From NCBI GenBank assembly GCA_047967505.1, contig CM106538.1: a DNA stretch of 64,000 bases. One strand, 5' to 3'. The notes below the pieces were generated by a model. It had not been told where the DNA came from. It saw only the letters and a program-made list of their open reading frames with translations, and did not search any database. Shown here piece after piece: positions 61,301-64,000 of the stretch; position 1 is the first letter of the stretch, and each line of letters starts with the position of its first letter. The position numbers and the translations under genes are program-made. This DNA comes from Dipteris shenzhenensis (Eukaryota).

Positions 61301-61651
61301 GATAGCATGCATTATTCATCACTGCAGTGTCTCAACGAATGGAATAAATGCAAAATGGATTATTGCTTTGGTGGTAAAAGAATTTACATTATTGGAACAA
61401 AAGACCACCACTTTACAAGTGTGCTGTCCTCCGAGGACAGACAGATAGATCAACTCCACGTGCTGCAACAATTCATTGTACCAGCATGACAGAGCGAGGA
61501 GATGTTTTGATCGAGATCTGTACAACGACATTGTGCACATTCTCGTTGCTATATTCCTTGATCCTGTGTGAATGGCATTAGCCTTGTATTTGCCCTCCAT
61601 TGTGAGGGTTCCATTGTAGTATACATAGTGAGCTTCCTTTCAAAACTGTTG

Positions 61652-63941
61652 CTAAAACCTGCTGTGATGACGTCTTCGTTTCCATTTTACTAGATGCTGC
61701 AGAAATTCAAGGACCTGACATGGGGCAGAAATTTTGTTAGTCTATAGAACATAAGATACAAGGGTGTAACTGCCCTGGGAGTGCCCACTTAGAAAAACAC
61801 AGATGCTTAGGTATTTCTACCGATTTTTGGAAACAAATACCTCGCCTGGATCACGAAGCAAACACACTGCGTTTGTTTCCTTGACAACATTCGATACAAG
61901 TATACCAAGTCCATGCTTTCTTCTGATCAACACCTGCCGAATCAAATGACATGCTCAGAACAAGTGCCTTCAAAGATAAATGTTCAAATATTTCCTCAAT
62001 AGCATGCCTGCAAGCTAACCAGGGTATACAAATCATAACAATTTATGTCAGGCCTGGAGAAAAGAAACAGTCCAAACAGATTAAAAAGGGCTTCATTGGG
62101 GGCGGGGACAAGGGGGTGTTTGTTATGCACGTCTTCGAGTAAATTTACCAATTTCCACAATAAAAACAACTCTCTTACTTTGAAAGCATCTTCGTCAGTG
62201 CGATCATCTCCTACATAGATAGGGAACACATCATTCCGATTCCCGAGACCTGTCAATATTCACAAATGTGAATTGTCATTAGTGATCTCTAACAGTCAAT
62301 TATGCAGAGCTTTAGTATAGAGATCAATCATCTCTTTTAGGTTTGCAGTTACAGTCTTACCAAGCGTCTTTAGCAAGTAGTCCAGTGCCTTTCCTTTGTT
62401 CCATGCTATGGGAGGGCGGACTTCCAAGATCTGAGAGACATGAACATATCCTTTTAGTTCTTGAACACCGTTTCATCATTTCTCCTGCAAACAACTGCAC
62501 AACATAAGTGGAATTTTACCTTTCGGCCTTGAGTCAGGCAAAGAGTTGGATAAGACTTCAGGACCTCTTGCACCTGTTCTGCTAATGCAAGCCAATTCTG
62601 GGAAAAACAATTCAAACATGATTACAATGTAAAGATGTAAAGAAACGGTACTCCAGCAATTCCACAAAGTTTGTTTCTCTCACACTGCATGTACTTGCAG
62701 GATCTGAAACAGTCCTTTTCCAAGGAAAGAGCATACTTATGCCATAACTGTTGTACAAAAAGACCCCTAGATACATACCTCCTCTTTCACACATCGAAAA
62801 TGCACACTGATGCAAAACTTGTTGTGTTCAACCTTTGCTCCAAGCACTTTCTTCGCCTTATCCTCCAAAAGCTTGAAGACCTGCATACGCTACTTCTATC
62901 AGATGATGCACCAAGCATGCACCAATATATACACACTTGGATGGCTGATGACAACGCACATTGATAGGAACATATTTTGAGAGCCTTAAGCAAATTTTCC
63001 ATTTCATCACAAATATACATACATACATCAAATAACAAACATCACAGAAATAAATGCGGGAAAGGAGTACAGAATAAGATTCACACATGCTGGAGGAGAG
63101 AGAACATTAGAACAAGGGAGGCAGATGTTGCCATGATAAGCTGACTTTACCTCATTCATGACATGAGTGTACTCACTGGCTGGCTGAAAGAGTACCACTT
63201 CATTACCCTGCAAATTAAATCCACAACCCGGTTTTTAGAGTAACATTCAAACCCAGATTTAAAGACCCAATAAAAAGGACAACATTTCTACATAGTAACT
63301 TTTGAAAAAAGTAGTGCAAAAAAACCCCTTTAAAAATCAGTGAAGTTTTTTGAATGGGTTTTTGCTCAGTAAGGTGAACAAAAAGAGAGAGATCCAGAGC
63401 CGTGCTCTCAGTTCTAAGCAAGGAACTGGGAAAGTGTACGGGATCCACGTCAGACACTCGAAATACACACTCCAAGTACAAGCCCTCTTATATTACCCTT
63501 GGAGCACGCATTCACTGGATTTGGGGTAGATGGGAATGTGCGCATGGGTTAATAACTTAATAGAAGCCGTTTTCTAGATTCTCATGGAACCCTGAAAGGA
63601 ATTGTTTTACCCTTTTCTTTCAAAAAGGGCAGAAGGTAGGAGCACTGGCAGGAGGGGGAGGGGCAGGGGATGGTTGTTTTCTCTGTGTTAGGGAAGGTGA
63701 GCAGCTGGAGCTCTATGATGTGTTCTCCTGAGAGCTTTATTGGACCGTGTTTGAGCCATGGAAAAAACACTGGCCTCTTCACAGAACTGCGGATATCACT
63801 AAAAAGTTTGGAAGTTACCTTATCATCCATTGTTTTGGTCCCTGCATCCCTGCACCCATTACAACCTTCTGCAGGTCCCATTATGTCCATTCCATGACTG
63901 CCTGCATAATATAGCTCAGGTAGTTGCACAAATTCATAAAC
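61652..63941 (-). CDS. TPP: Trehalose-6-phosphate phosphatase, 3' exons (63941-63819, 63207-63151, 62880-62779, 62597-62520, 62430-62361, 62249-62179, 61933-61841, 61714-61652); 5' part lies outside the window
   Basis: ELYYAGSHGMDI, LFQPASE, VEHNKFCISVHFRCV, GRK|ILEVRP, WNKGKAL, IYVGDDRTDEDAFK and LRDPGE|VLEFL, with GT-AG introns. Confidence 0.95.
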
Positions 63942-64000
63942 CTGCCAGAGAGAAAGGTGCTTCTTTATGGGGCTTCACACAGTTACAAGCTCGCTATAAT

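Overview
Repeat-dense land-plant genomic DNA (GT-AG introns, plant-type LTR elements; a non-seed plant such as a fern is my inference). Bases 1-27.5 kb are mostly decayed Ty1/copia, Ty3/gypsy and LINE fragments plus one small spliced host gene (22.3-23.6 kb). The 3' part of a trehalose-6-phosphate phosphatase gene lies at the right edge. The main result is a nested pair of large DNA transposons whose transposases carry RAG1/Transib-type motifs. Element B (43015-54759) has 32-bp TIRs, no TSD and apparently intact genes: a spliced RAG1/Transib-like DDE transposase, a convergent gene of unknown function (X), a histone H3-Ulp1/SENP protease fusion, and a BAH-like plus ubiquitin-like protein. B is inserted in the X gene of an older, decayed relative, element A (~27.5-58.4 kb), which carries the same four gene classes. 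A's transposase is itself split by a young full-length gypsy element (28496-37483) with a tRNA-His PBS, a stand-alone RNase H ORF upstream of gag and a chain of stop-start-coupled short ORFs. All family assignments come from motif recognition by eye; no searches were run.
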